Both the position numbers and the translations under genes were made by a program. A model generated the notes under the pieces. It did not search any database. It worked only from the letters and a program-made list of their open reading frames with translations, and was not told where the DNA came from. Of a stretch of 64,000 nt of DNA, positions 9,461 through 18,508 are shown in pieces; position 1 is the first letter of the stretch; every line of letters starts with the position of its first letter. The stretch is from the IMG/VR virus record IMGVR_UViG_3300034072_000926, positions 248,001 to 312,000 of that record. One strand, 5' to 3'.

Positions 9461-9853
9461 TTATTCAGAAGTCAAGCGGATTAGTTCTTTCTGGAGGGTT
9501 GCCATAGGCAAGTGCTTGGAAAGGCTGTTAAGGAGTATCCTACGATACCATAGATTCCATTCAAGGGCATTTGCGGAAAGAGCGGCCGCTTCAATAGCCT
9601 CGTCGGCTTCTTGGCCTTGAAGATTGCCACTTGATATACGCATGGCTAGGGAGAAGAAATCCCCAAAGGTAAAAGTGCCTGGCTCGGTATCTTCAGGATC
9701 GAGCGCAGGCACATTTGAGATATTAAATGACAGAGATGTTGCTAGATCGAGTCCGATCCAGAATTCCTCACCATCCTCCCATGCCTCATTGATTGTTTGA
9801 ACATGATCGGCGGTATTATCCATCAGTGAGAGAACAATATCTATAGGCTTCAT
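9461..9853 (-). CDS. Protein resembling only the N-terminal domain of phage ATP-dependent DNA ligase
   Basis: 'EWNLWYRRILL' and preceding helices recalled from jumbo-phage ATP ligases; no KxDG. Confidence 0.45.
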   Translation of the reverse strand: MKPIDIVLSLMDNTADHVQTINEAWEDGEEFWIGLDLATSLSFNISNVPALDPEDTEPGTFTFGDFFSLAMRISSGNLQGQEADEAIEAAALSANALEWNLWYRRILLNSLSKHLPMATLQKELIRLTSE

Positions 9854-9860
9854 TGTTCTC

Positions 9861-10460
9861 TCACTTAATCCATTTATTCAAATCATTTCTACTCACTACC
9901 ACATAGCCTTGTTCGACAAGCATGTTCATGAACAAATGTGGCAATTCATAATCGACATTTCGATATTGTTCTGGTAGGTCTTCCCATGGGCGCATAAGCG
10001 GGTGTTGTTTACTCGTCTTATCTTCCTTCAAACCAAATGACCAACCTCTGGCCGAACGTGCTTCATACCAGCGTTGGTGTTGGTGCTTAGCCAGCGTTAC
10101 ACAAAGAGAGTTGTAATCGTCCTCGTCCATTACAACAGCGTCAGCTGGACCTTGACGCGCGGATTTAACATCTTCAGAACTTGTTTCAATTTCGCCCTCA
10201 GGATATGCAGATTCAATTATAGCCGTTTCATCTTCGGTGAGGTCACGGGTTAGTGGAATTTCATAATAGTGGGTGCCACTCTTTGTTTCTTTATGAACCA
10301 TAAAGACTACATCGGGGTCACCTTGAGGATTTGTTGTCTGCACACTGGATTGAACCCCAGATGGCAGATTGTTCTTTACACAATGATACCACGCGATAGC
10401 CTCCTCTTTCGAGAGAGGCTCGCTTGTTTTTAGTCGGATGAAGAGTGGAATCTCTGTCAT
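9861..10460 (-). CDS. RyR-domain protein
   Basis: 'LAKHQHQRW..GWSFG..KQHPLMRPWEDLPEQYR'; start moved to ATG 10460. Confidence 0.75.
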   Translation of the reverse strand: MTEIPLFIRLKTSEPLSKEEAIAWYHCVKNNLPSGVQSSVQTTNPQGDPDVVFMVHKETKSGTHYYEIPLTRDLTEDETAIIESAYPEGEIETSSEDVKSARQGPADAVVMDEDDYNSLCVTLAKHQHQRWYEARSARGWSFGLKEDKTSKQHPLMRPWEDLPEQYRNVDYELPHLFMNMLVEQGYVVVSRNDLNKWIK

Positions 10461-10461
10461 G

Positions 10462-10998
10462 TTAATACTTATCAGGCTCCGCATCTGGATTATCAATTCC
10501 TGCCGCAGTTGTCTGATCAACAGCTGGATTATTACCACCCGTTACGTTGACCTGAGTCACTGGAGTAGGATTTGGATTCAGCTGGCTTGGCACATAATAG
10601 GTAGGAACCATCGTCGGAGTATATGGAGAACGATCGCTCTCACCCGACTGACGAATGCTCTCAATCTGTGCGCTACCACGAGTCCATGCCGCAACACCAA
10701 GAATTGCACCGAAAGCAACGTGGAAGAGACCACTACCCTGCATAGTCAGAGGTTGCCAAGGCGTCCTGTTCTGGATTAACGCAACTGCAATCTGTGGATC
10801 CAAGTCCTTAATCGCAGCGGCCATCTGTGCCATGTTTGCACTCTTGAAGCCCATGAAAGCAGGGGCGACAATAAAGTCGAATACGCAGATTGCCAAATAT
10901 ACGACGGCGGCTGCTGGTCGCCAAGACCTATTCAGCCAGCCTTCGCCCTCTTCCAATGGATCGTATGGATCCTTCTTAATTTGCTTCTTCTTTGCCAT
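10462..10998 (-). CDS. Putative holin (3TM/GTA-holin-like)
   Basis: 'WRP...YL.IC.FDF..P' and 'WQPLTMQG.GLFH.AFGAILGVAAW.R'. Confidence 0.55.
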   Translation of the reverse strand: MAKKKQIKKDPYDPLEEGEGWLNRSWRPAAAVVYLAICVFDFIVAPAFMGFKSANMAQMAAAIKDLDPQIAVALIQNRTPWQPLTMQGSGLFHVAFGAILGVAAWTRGSAQIESIRQSGESDRSPYTPTMVPTYYVPSQLNPNPTPVTQVNVTGGNNPAVDQTTAAGIDNPDAEPDKY

Positions 10999-11069
10999 GA
11001 TAGCCGATCTCCCATTTGGGTTACCGGCTATTTATGGTAAAACATTCAAATGTTATTCAACTCCGAATA

Positions 11070-13433
11070 TTATAATGTTGCTAGGTTGAAATAATCAATC
11101 GAAGCCAATATATTATTGGTTGTCCTGTTATAGAATCCTCCAATGCCCACGTGTGTTGGTCTAGCTGTTAGCCAAGTCGCTTGTTGTTCCGAACCTAATG
11201 TTACCCAATTTTTACCATCTCGGCTAACATATCCATATATGGTAGTGCCTATAATAGAAAGCCTCAACCACTCCCAGTATGTAGATGCCGTATTTGATGC
11301 GATAGTAGCACTGTATGTTGATGGAGCCGCAGTTCTAGTGAAAGTAACATTCAAAGAGGCATTGAATTCATTTTGGATATTAATTAGCCTGTTATTAGAA
11401 GAATTAAAAAATCGTAATCCAAAACCGGCATAATTGCTCATAAGTGTCGTAGTATTATGATGTATGGTAACCTGACAGTTACCAGTGGTCGGCAGTTCAA
11501 ATCCTTTACCAATTTGAACATCGCCAGTTGCTGGTGTACCTAAATCTATACAAAGGCCTACTTCATTGTCATCTGTCAACGTCGGAGCAGTATTGCCCCA
11601 AGTGGTTGTAAAAATAGATGAAGTCGGCGGGCTCCAATACCAAGGCTTGCTAGATCCTGTGCCACTGCTATCCTTGGCTATCCAAAGATTGGATATACTA
11701 TCAAATGTTAGAACTTGTCCGTGTGTCGGAGATAAGATACTTGTATCAGTTAATGAGGTTAAATTAGCAATTTCCCAACTTCCGTTTTTTCGCAAATATG
11801 ATTTATTATCATTTGCGGGATCAATCATCGAAGAATTCGGATCAAAGATTTCAACCCATGCATCAGATGTGCCAGGTTCGTCATTCGTGCCAGGAGTCAA
11901 GCAAAGCCAGGTTTTGCCATTGTGATCAGCGGTGTCTCCGTGTTGATACGCATTAGCAGCAACCATGTCAGGATAGCTGATTGTGGAGAAGTGAGTGTTC
12001 TGGAATCCAGACTGATATGCACGGTCACTGGTATAACGGAAACGAACAGTATGAGTGCCAACTGTGAGATTTTCTACTCGTTCCAACCAAACATCAGTGT
12101 GGTTCAGATAGTTGTATTTCTCAACACCATCGATCAGGAGTCGGAAACCATCATACCCTGGTTCACCCTGAGATTTGAATCGAACAGTGAGAGTCTTATT
12201 CTCTTCAGTTGCAATCACAACAAATTCTAGCCAATAATCAGCAAAGTTGCCGAGATTGTCAGAGTTACCGAAACGTAATGCCTTAGTCGTCGATGGACCA
12301 GCATCCGGGTCATCTACGATCGAACCAGGAGTGTTATTATTCCAAGTGAAATTAGAAGGCAATACCATGCTGTCAAAGGACTGTGTAATGGTTGCACTTG
12401 TTAGACCCCACGATGGGTAATGGACCGTTGGATTGGTGTCACTACCTCCGCCACCTTCTGGTGGGTCAATCCATGCGGTATTAAAGTCTTCGCCGTTTAC
12501 CTTCGAAAGAAGCTGTCCAGTGTAACCGCCGACTGGAACACCGTTGCCGTTGGTGCCATTGGTTCCATTAGTGCCTGCCGGACCTTGAGCACCCGTGTCA
12601 CCCTTGTCACCCTTGTCGCCCTTTGGACCTTGGAGGGTTTCCATTACAATCCACTCTACGCCATCCTGTGTAGAGTTGACTGCAAGAACATCACCTGCAT
12701 GACCGGTCATATCTGGATATTCAGCAGAACCTCCGCCTGAGGCATCCTGCCAAGTAGCATCACCATTCATATTTGAGTTCTTAGTTAGAACTTGACCAGT
12801 GGTGCCGCCATCAGGAACACCATTGCCGCCGGTCTGATCTGCCCAGATAACATCTCCGGAAGTTGCAGAAGCCTTAGTCAATACCTGACCCTGGTTACCA
12901 CCATTAGGAAGTTCGGGCGAACCTTCGCTACCTGCTGGAAGATCCAACCAAGCAAAATCACCATCAGTCGCAGAGGTCTTACCAAGGAACTGACCCTGGT
13001 TACCACCGAGCGGAACAGTATAGTCGCTCAAGTAGTCAGGAGTTACCCAGATAGTATCGTAGTTTGCACCAGATGCCTTAGTTAGCACCTGTCCTTGAGC
13101 GCCGCCTGCTGGAACACCTTCACCGTCAACACCATCAGTTCCGTTTGTTCCATCAGCGCCGCGATCACCTGGATCGCCCTGGACACCACGTTGTCCGGTT
13201 TCGCCCTGTGGACCTTGATCGCCAGTATCACCCTTGACACCCTTAAGGCTGGCAATCCATTGTGCTTCGGTTCCTACAAAGCCGAGTTCAACGGCAGATT
13301 CATAAGCAGACTTGCCAGCAGCTTGGGTTCTAAGAACACGCCAAGCAACGCCAGTCCATTCCCATGACTTTAGTCCAACCGTATGGATTTGACCAACAGT
13401 TGGATTGGATGGGAAATTAAGTTCAGCCATCAT
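11070..13433 (-). CDS. Virion fibre protein with collagen triplets and C-terminal lectin-like domains
   Basis: Gly-X-Y runs, about six 'VPxGGxxGQVLxK..W' repeats, beta-rich C-terminus. Confidence 0.75.
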   Translation of the reverse strand: MMAELNFPSNPTVGQIHTVGLKSWEWTGVAWRVLRTQAAGKSAYESAVELGFVGTEAQWIASLKGVKGDTGDQGPQGETGQRGVQGDPGDRGADGTNGTDGVDGEGVPAGGAQGQVLTKASGANYDTIWVTPDYLSDYTVPLGGNQGQFLGKTSATDGDFAWLDLPAGSEGSPELPNGGNQGQVLTKASATSGDVIWADQTGGNGVPDGGTTGQVLTKNSNMNGDATWQDASGGGSAEYPDMTGHAGDVLAVNSTQDGVEWIVMETLQGPKGDKGDKGDTGAQGPAGTNGTNGTNGNGVPVGGYTGQLLSKVNGEDFNTAWIDPPEGGGGSDTNPTVHYPSWGLTSATITQSFDSMVLPSNFTWNNNTPGSIVDDPDAGPSTTKALRFGNSDNLGNFADYWLEFVVIATEENKTLTVRFKSQGEPGYDGFRLLIDGVEKYNYLNHTDVWLERVENLTVGTHTVRFRYTSDRAYQSGFQNTHFSTISYPDMVAANAYQHGDTADHNGKTWLCLTPGTNDEPGTSDAWVEIFDPNSSMIDPANDNKSYLRKNGSWEIANLTSLTDTSILSPTHGQVLTFDSISNLWIAKDSSGTGSSKPWYWSPPTSSIFTTTWGNTAPTLTDDNEVGLCIDLGTPATGDVQIGKGFELPTTGNCQVTIHHNTTTLMSNYAGFGLRFFNSSNNRLINIQNEFNASLNVTFTRTAAPSTYSATIASNTASTYWEWLRLSIIGTTIYGYVSRDGKNWVTLGSEQQATWLTARPTHVGIGGFYNRTTNNILASIDYFNLATL

Positions 13434-13441
13434 TTTCTCCT

Positions 13442-13621
13442 TTAGGCGATCTCTACCCAGACAGGCCCATTAGTATCTAGGATGTAGATATAGATGGCCA
13501 TTGACTCGGGATCGAACCAGACTTGATTGATTTCGGGATTTTCAGGTGCTTCGGTCGAAACACTGAATGGTTGTTTTAGGGCAACCAACAATCCAGTAAT
13601 TTGTTTCATTTGGAGCTGCAT
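13442..13621 (-). CDS. Small virion-associated protein (59 aa)
   Basis: ATG 13621 with AGGGG RBS and TAAATA box at 13675; 'APENPEINQVWFD' motif. Confidence 0.6.
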   Translation of the reverse strand: MQLQMKQITGLLVALKQPFSVSTEAPENPEINQVWFDPESMAIYIYILDTNGPVWVEIA

Positions 13622-13685
13622 GGATGATCCCCTAGATATGGTTAGAGCGTGGAAAGAACTAACTCTCCACGCTCTATTTAATCGT

Positions 13686-14456
13686 TTAGGATGCGAATGC
13701 GTAACGTGCCGAAACCACATCACCTGGATCAAGATCGTAAGGCAGAGTGTCGAGGTCTAGGACCAAGTTACGACCGCTTACGGTGTATTGATTGCTCTCG
13801 ATACGCTGACCATTCACTTCAACAGTGATCGTGCCTGCCTGTGGAGCATACTCGAAGAAGTTGTTGAGAGTGTAGGTGCCAGTTGCAACGCTGTTACCAG
13901 CATATTCAACTGCCGTGTCACGCATGTTAACACCTGCACCGCCTAGACCAGTAGCACCGATGTAACGGTGACCTACGAGCCATAGCGAAGTGATACCAGC
14001 AGGAACAGTGTTAACAAAGCGCAGGGTGCCTGCTGCATAGTCAAAGACCCATTCCTGGCCGTTGGTGCCGCCGTTGAGCTTGTTTGCAGAAACGCTTGGA
14101 TCGTTCTTGTAAACTTCAACGAGGTAACCTGCGTCAAGTGCTGGTGGAATCCAGTTGGTCAGACGAGTTGCTGCATCACCGAAGGTGTCAGTAGCAAGCC
14201 ATGCTGCCTGTCCGGAAACAGTCGAGTCAGCAGTCATCTGCAAAGCTGCGGCCTTCGAGTAATACTCAAGAACCGAAGTCGAAGCAGCTGGCGCAGGAAC
14301 TGGGACGTTCTCGGCCATGATGTTATTGCTGTAGACTGCACCATTGCTACCAATGGTTTCTTCGAAGCCTTGCTTGCCCGAACCACCAGTGTTGGTTACG
14401 TTATAGATCGTCTTCTTCCAGAGGAAGTCGACCTTTTGGGTATCGGAAATAGCCAT
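13686..14456 (-). CDS. Virion structural protein
   Basis: 256 aa in fibre cluster; C-terminal 'VEVNGQR..YTVSG..GDVV..Y' module. Confidence 0.7.
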   Translation of the reverse strand: MAISDTQKVDFLWKKTIYNVTNTGGSGKQGFEETIGSNGAVYSNNIMAENVPVPAPAASTSVLEYYSKAAALQMTADSTVSGQAAWLATDTFGDAATRLTNWIPPALDAGYLVEVYKNDPSVSANKLNGGTNGQEWVFDYAAGTLRFVNTVPAGITSLWLVGHRYIGATGLGGAGVNMRDTAVEYAGNSVATGTYTLNNFFEYAPQAGTITVEVNGQRIESNQYTVSGRNLVLDLDTLPYDLDPGDVVSARYAFAS

Positions 14457-14469
14457 TAGTCAATCCTCC

Positions 14470-16206
14470 TTATGCGATGGACAGCGCAGTGATTTCCTGC
14501 GAGCCAGTTAGCTTGAAGCGGACGAAGATAGCGTTGTCGGTCGCAGAGGACGACGAAGCAGTACCAAAAGTCAGCGTGAAAGTCTGAGTGCCAGTCTTGG
14601 CAGGTAGAGTACCAGCTGCACAACCTGCATCAGTATCACCCGAACGTCCTGGAACACCTGCACCGCTGTAAAGTGCCGAACCGTTCCACCAAGCGCCGTT
14701 GATCGAAGCTGGCTGAGCAGTCGAAACACCTGGAAGTGCAATCCAGACATCCGAGTAAGTTCCCGTTACAGTGATTGCAATCGAGCTCTTACCAGCAGCA
14801 TTGAGACGATATGTCACATACTGGCTAGCGGACTTGCCCGAATAGTCGATACCGACTGGCAAGTAACCGGTGGTGTAGTTGGTGCGATCGCTACGGATTA
14901 CGCCGCCAACAATTGCTGCTTCGTGGAGGAAGTCAGCTGCCGAAAGATCCTGAGTGTTATCCCAGTTCACAGTCGAGGCAGTTGCACCCGAGAAAACAGT
15001 TGCCGCAGGAGTGTCAGTGGTTGCGGTGTTGCCGAGGCTTACGCGCTTCACAGTGCCAATCGCAGCATCGTCGATACCCGCACCCGAACCGACCCAAGTG
15101 ATCAGGTTAGTAGAGTCAGTGCCATTACCCGAACCGTTTGGATTGGTTGCAGTCAAGACTAGCTTTGCAGAACGACTCTTAACATTAACACCAGTGCCGC
15201 CAATGTTGAAGTTCTGAGCAGCCATGTTAAAGGACAGAGTATCCTTTGCTAGGATGCTTGGCAGGCCGCCCTGACCAGCAGTGAAGTTCACAGTAGTGCC
15301 TGGACCGGAGATCGAAAGAATCGTGCCCGAAACATAAGTTTCACCAGCAAGATTCGAAGCGGTGCCTGCAAGCGAGACGACTGCACCAGTGGTGTAGTGG
15401 TCAATACCCGACTTCTTAACAACGGTCTTGGTTACTTCTGCAGAAGTAAGAGCGCTGATTGCTGGGTTCGCGGTCAACGAGTCACGGACGAATCCGAGAA
15501 CATTGGTGTTACCCGAAAGAGTGTGACGAAGCTGGAAGGTGTTGTAACCAACAGCCGCAGCGCCACCAACAATCTGAGAGTCGAAGGACTGGAAGAAACC
15601 ATCAGGTGCTGCGCCGCCGCCAACTGCGGTGCCGCCCCACTTATTGTCGGTGATACGTAGAACACCGGTGGTCTTTGCATCGCCAGTAGCTTCGGTCATG
15701 GTCAGGGTTTCGCCACTAACTGCCGAGCCATCCTTCCAGTAAGAAACAACACCAGCGGTGCCATCGCCCAGATCCTGAAGGATCGCAGTATCAGCGGTTG
15801 CTGCAACGATACGAACAACCGACGAACCGGCTGCTGGAGCATTGACAACGCTGTTAGTGGTGTAGCCCGATGCTGCCCTCTGTGTGCTGTTGGTAGTCGA
15901 CAGTGCGAGCGTACCAGAGCTCAGTGGAGCAGGAGCCGTTGGGAGAAGAAGTCCAAGGACTTCGTTGATCGAGTCGATTGCGCTCGAAACTAGAGTAGTT
16001 GGCTGCAGAGCAACTGCCGGAGCCTTACCGCCATCATAGCGGGACTCAGTGTAGCTACCGTCTTCTGCTGGGCCGAGATAGGAATTAGCACCGGATGCCG
16101 CTTCAGGAACAACCCACTGGTTGTTGCCTTCACCGTCTGTCATCAGGACTGCGCCTTCTGGCTGACCATCAGAGGAAATCTGCTTGATTTTAATCTTGGA
16201 CATCAA
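14470..16206 (-). CDS. Virion structural protein (G/T/A/S-rich, beta)
   Basis: 578 aa, GGAG RBS, inside fibre cluster. Confidence 0.7.
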   Translation of the reverse strand: MMSKIKIKQISSDGQPEGAVLMTDGEGNNQWVVPEAASGANSYLGPAEDGSYTESRYDGGKAPAVALQPTTLVSSAIDSINEVLGLLLPTAPAPLSSGTLALSTTNSTQRAASGYTTNSVVNAPAAGSSVVRIVAATADTAILQDLGDGTAGVVSYWKDGSAVSGETLTMTEATGDAKTTGVLRITDNKWGGTAVGGGAAPDGFFQSFDSQIVGGAAAVGYNTFQLRHTLSGNTNVLGFVRDSLTANPAISALTSAEVTKTVVKKSGIDHYTTGAVVSLAGTASNLAGETYVSGTILSISGPGTTVNFTAGQGGLPSILAKDTLSFNMAAQNFNIGGTGVNVKSRSAKLVLTATNPNGSGNGTDSTNLITWVGSGAGIDDAAIGTVKRVSLGNTATTDTPAATVFSGATASTVNWDNTQDLSAADFLHEAAIVGGVIRSDRTNYTTGYLPVGIDYSGKSASQYVTYRLNAAGKSSIAITVTGTYSDVWIALPGVSTAQPASINGAWWNGSALYSGAGVPGRSGDTDAGCAAGTLPAKTGTQTFTLTFGTASSSSATDNAIFVRFKLTGSQEITALSIA

Positions 16207-16226
16207 GAGCTCCTTTATAGGCGAAA

Positions 16227-16252
16227 GGGAGAGGATGTTTCCACCCTCTCCC
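16227..16252 (-). terminator. Terminator-like hairpin
   Basis: GGGAGAGGGTG-GAAA-CATCCTCTCCC on minus strand. Confidence 0.7.
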
Positions 16253-16260
16253 AGTAATTA

Positions 16261-18480
16261 TTAAGCGGCCTTGGTGTAGCTTACCGACAGGGTGTCGCCA
16301 GCTTCATAAGGATAGCCATTTGCCGAGTCGACCAGGGTAACAGTCTGTCCGGAAACAGTGTAACCTGCCTTCTTGAGCTTCACGCCGTTCATGTAAACTG
16401 CGACGTCACCGGTTGGGGTGTTGTCGAGAGTGAACGAAACGTTCGCAGCAGCAGCTGGAGCATAGTCTTCCTCAACCGATACGGTTGCACCCAACTGAGC
16501 AGCAGTTACATACTCAATCTGCTTCGAAGTGCCATTCCAACGCAGGAACATGCCATCTGCTGGAGTGCCAACCTGGCCAAGTGCCGAGAAGTTGATCTTC
16601 GAAGGATCCAGGTCAATCGAAACGCCAGCGATGACTGCGCCTTCGCCACCGGTGATCACGATTGCTTCGTCTGCCGACTCTAGGTCTGCAAGAGCAGCAA
16701 CGCCAGTACCACCATTAGCAACAGGAACAACGCCGCTCAGTGCAACGGTGAAACCAGTGTCAGTCGAACCAGTAACAGCGATGTTCTGGCCGGCCAGGAC
16801 TTTGCTGTTGGTGTTGTCGATGATGTCAACGCCACCAGTGGTGTTGAAGACCAGACCGTCCTGCGACTTAACGAAGAAAGCTTCGCCTTCTTCACCGACC
16901 TTGAACCAACCATCAGCGCCTACCTTATAGTAGTCACCAGCGTCCTTGCCACCAGCTGGCAGGGTCGAGAGGTCAAATGCGTTCTCAGCATCTGCACCAC
17001 CTGCAGTTGCACCCGAGAGCAGACCAACATAGTTGAAAGCTGCACCCAGAGCGTCAACGCGAGCGTCGAGGGTTGCAATGTCAGATTCAGCAGTGGTCAG
17101 AGCAGCATCGAGACCTTCGATTGCAGCCTTGAGGGTTGCGCCAGCAGCATAGTGACCGTTGTTCGCATAAGCGTCCAGATCGCCATTTGCGTTCAGACCA
17201 ACAGCAGCTTCAATCGCATCAACTTCTGTCTGCAGATTAGCAACGCCGCCGCTGCTAAGAGCAGCAATTGCGTCCGCGTTTGCCTTAACGGCTGCGTCCA
17301 AGAGAACGTCTGCACCCTTGAGGGTGGTTGCCGAACCTAGGTAGGTAGTGCCAGTTGGAGCAACGTATGCACCAGTGACTTCTAGACCAGCACCTGCCTG
17401 GGTTGCATCGACTTCTGCCTGAAGAGTCGAAACTGCGGTGCCGCGAGTAACTTCTTCAGCCTTCAGAGCAGCGTCCAGCTTGCCGATAGCCACAGTGTGG
17501 TTATCTGGAGCAACAGCAGGAACAGCTGGAACCGCAGGAACATAACCCTCTTCGCCTTCAACGCCTTCTGCTGGGATTTCAGCCGAACCAGCCGAACCCT
17601 GAACGATATAGTTACCGTTTGCATACAGGTTTGCGGTGCCGTCTGCCTTCGAACCAACAGTGACTTCCAGAGCATCTAGCTCAGTCTGCAGAGCAGTGTC
17701 AGCAGCGGTGCGGTCAGAAATCTCGTCAGCCAGGTCAGTCTGCAGAGTAGTGATATCACCCTGTGCAGTTGCCAGGTCTGCTTCAACAGTATCCAGACGA
17801 CCGTCAAGTGCATTGTCAGCTGCCGAACGAGCAGCTTCTTCAGCAGCAAGAGCAGTGTCGACTGCCATGATGGTGTCCATGACCGAGGTTGCCGCAGCAA
17901 CACCAGCATGAGCCGAACCAGCGTTCTTGGTTTCGTCAAACGCACCAGTCGAAGTCAGACCAACCGCATCTTCAATTGCGTCAACTTCGTCCTGCAGGGA
18001 CTGTAGCGAAGTGCCTTCGCCACCGCCCGACAGTGCGTCCAACTGAGCCTGAAGGTCCTGTTCAGCAGCAGTTGCGCGAGCAACTTCGTCAGCCAGGTCA
18101 TCTGCGACAGCCGAAACAGCCGTAGTGCGGTCTGCGATTTCAGTAGCGAGATCAGCTACAACATCGTCAATACGACCACCAAGGGCAGTATCAGCGTTGG
18201 TGCGATCGGTAATTTCCGTTGCGAGATTAGCAGCGGTAGTCGATGCCAGAGCCTTTGCTTCGATCAGCGCAGCAGCGACGTCGGTAGCAGTGAAGGAAGC
18301 ATCAGAGAAGGTGGTGTCAGCGGCTGCTACCTTTTCGTAACCAAGTTGGCCGCCTGCCAGGACCTTTAGGACCTGACCAGCGGTACCCTTGGAAAGAACA
18401 GTACCATTGCCGCTAGCGCCACCAATTAGCAGATCGTCTTGATTAGAAAGCTTGATCTGCTTTGCGCGTAGCTGTGCCAT
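16261..18480 (-). CDS. Long coiled-coil fibre/whisker-like virion protein
   Basis: 739 aa with extended Ala-rich heptads, Pro-rich hinge 'VPAVPAVPAV', C-terminal beta module. Confidence 0.75.
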   Translation of the reverse strand: MAQLRAKQIKLSNQDDLLIGGASGNGTVLSKGTAGQVLKVLAGGQLGYEKVAAADTTFSDASFTATDVAAALIEAKALASTTAANLATEITDRTNADTALGGRIDDVVADLATEIADRTTAVSAVADDLADEVARATAAEQDLQAQLDALSGGGEGTSLQSLQDEVDAIEDAVGLTSTGAFDETKNAGSAHAGVAAATSVMDTIMAVDTALAAEEAARSAADNALDGRLDTVEADLATAQGDITTLQTDLADEISDRTAADTALQTELDALEVTVGSKADGTANLYANGNYIVQGSAGSAEIPAEGVEGEEGYVPAVPAVPAVAPDNHTVAIGKLDAALKAEEVTRGTAVSTLQAEVDATQAGAGLEVTGAYVAPTGTTYLGSATTLKGADVLLDAAVKANADAIAALSSGGVANLQTEVDAIEAAVGLNANGDLDAYANNGHYAAGATLKAAIEGLDAALTTAESDIATLDARVDALGAAFNYVGLLSGATAGGADAENAFDLSTLPAGGKDAGDYYKVGADGWFKVGEEGEAFFVKSQDGLVFNTTGGVDIIDNTNSKVLAGQNIAVTGSTDTGFTVALSGVVPVANGGTGVAALADLESADEAIVITGGEGAVIAGVSIDLDPSKINFSALGQVGTPADGMFLRWNGTSKQIEYVTAAQLGATVSVEEDYAPAAAANVSFTLDNTPTGDVAVYMNGVKLKKAGYTVSGQTVTLVDSANGYPYEAGDTLSVSYTKAA

Positions 18481-18508
18481 AGTTTGTTATTCTCCTAGTT
18501 GATCAACT

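Noticed and set aside
8073-9620. 515-aa plus-strand ORF
   Set aside because: Antisense shadow of the GC-rich ligA gene; no recognisable domain.
13622-13732. Long N-terminal extension of the 13442 ORF (96 aa in track)
   Set aside because: It overlaps the upstream gene and a TAAATA box; ATG 13621 has a good RBS.
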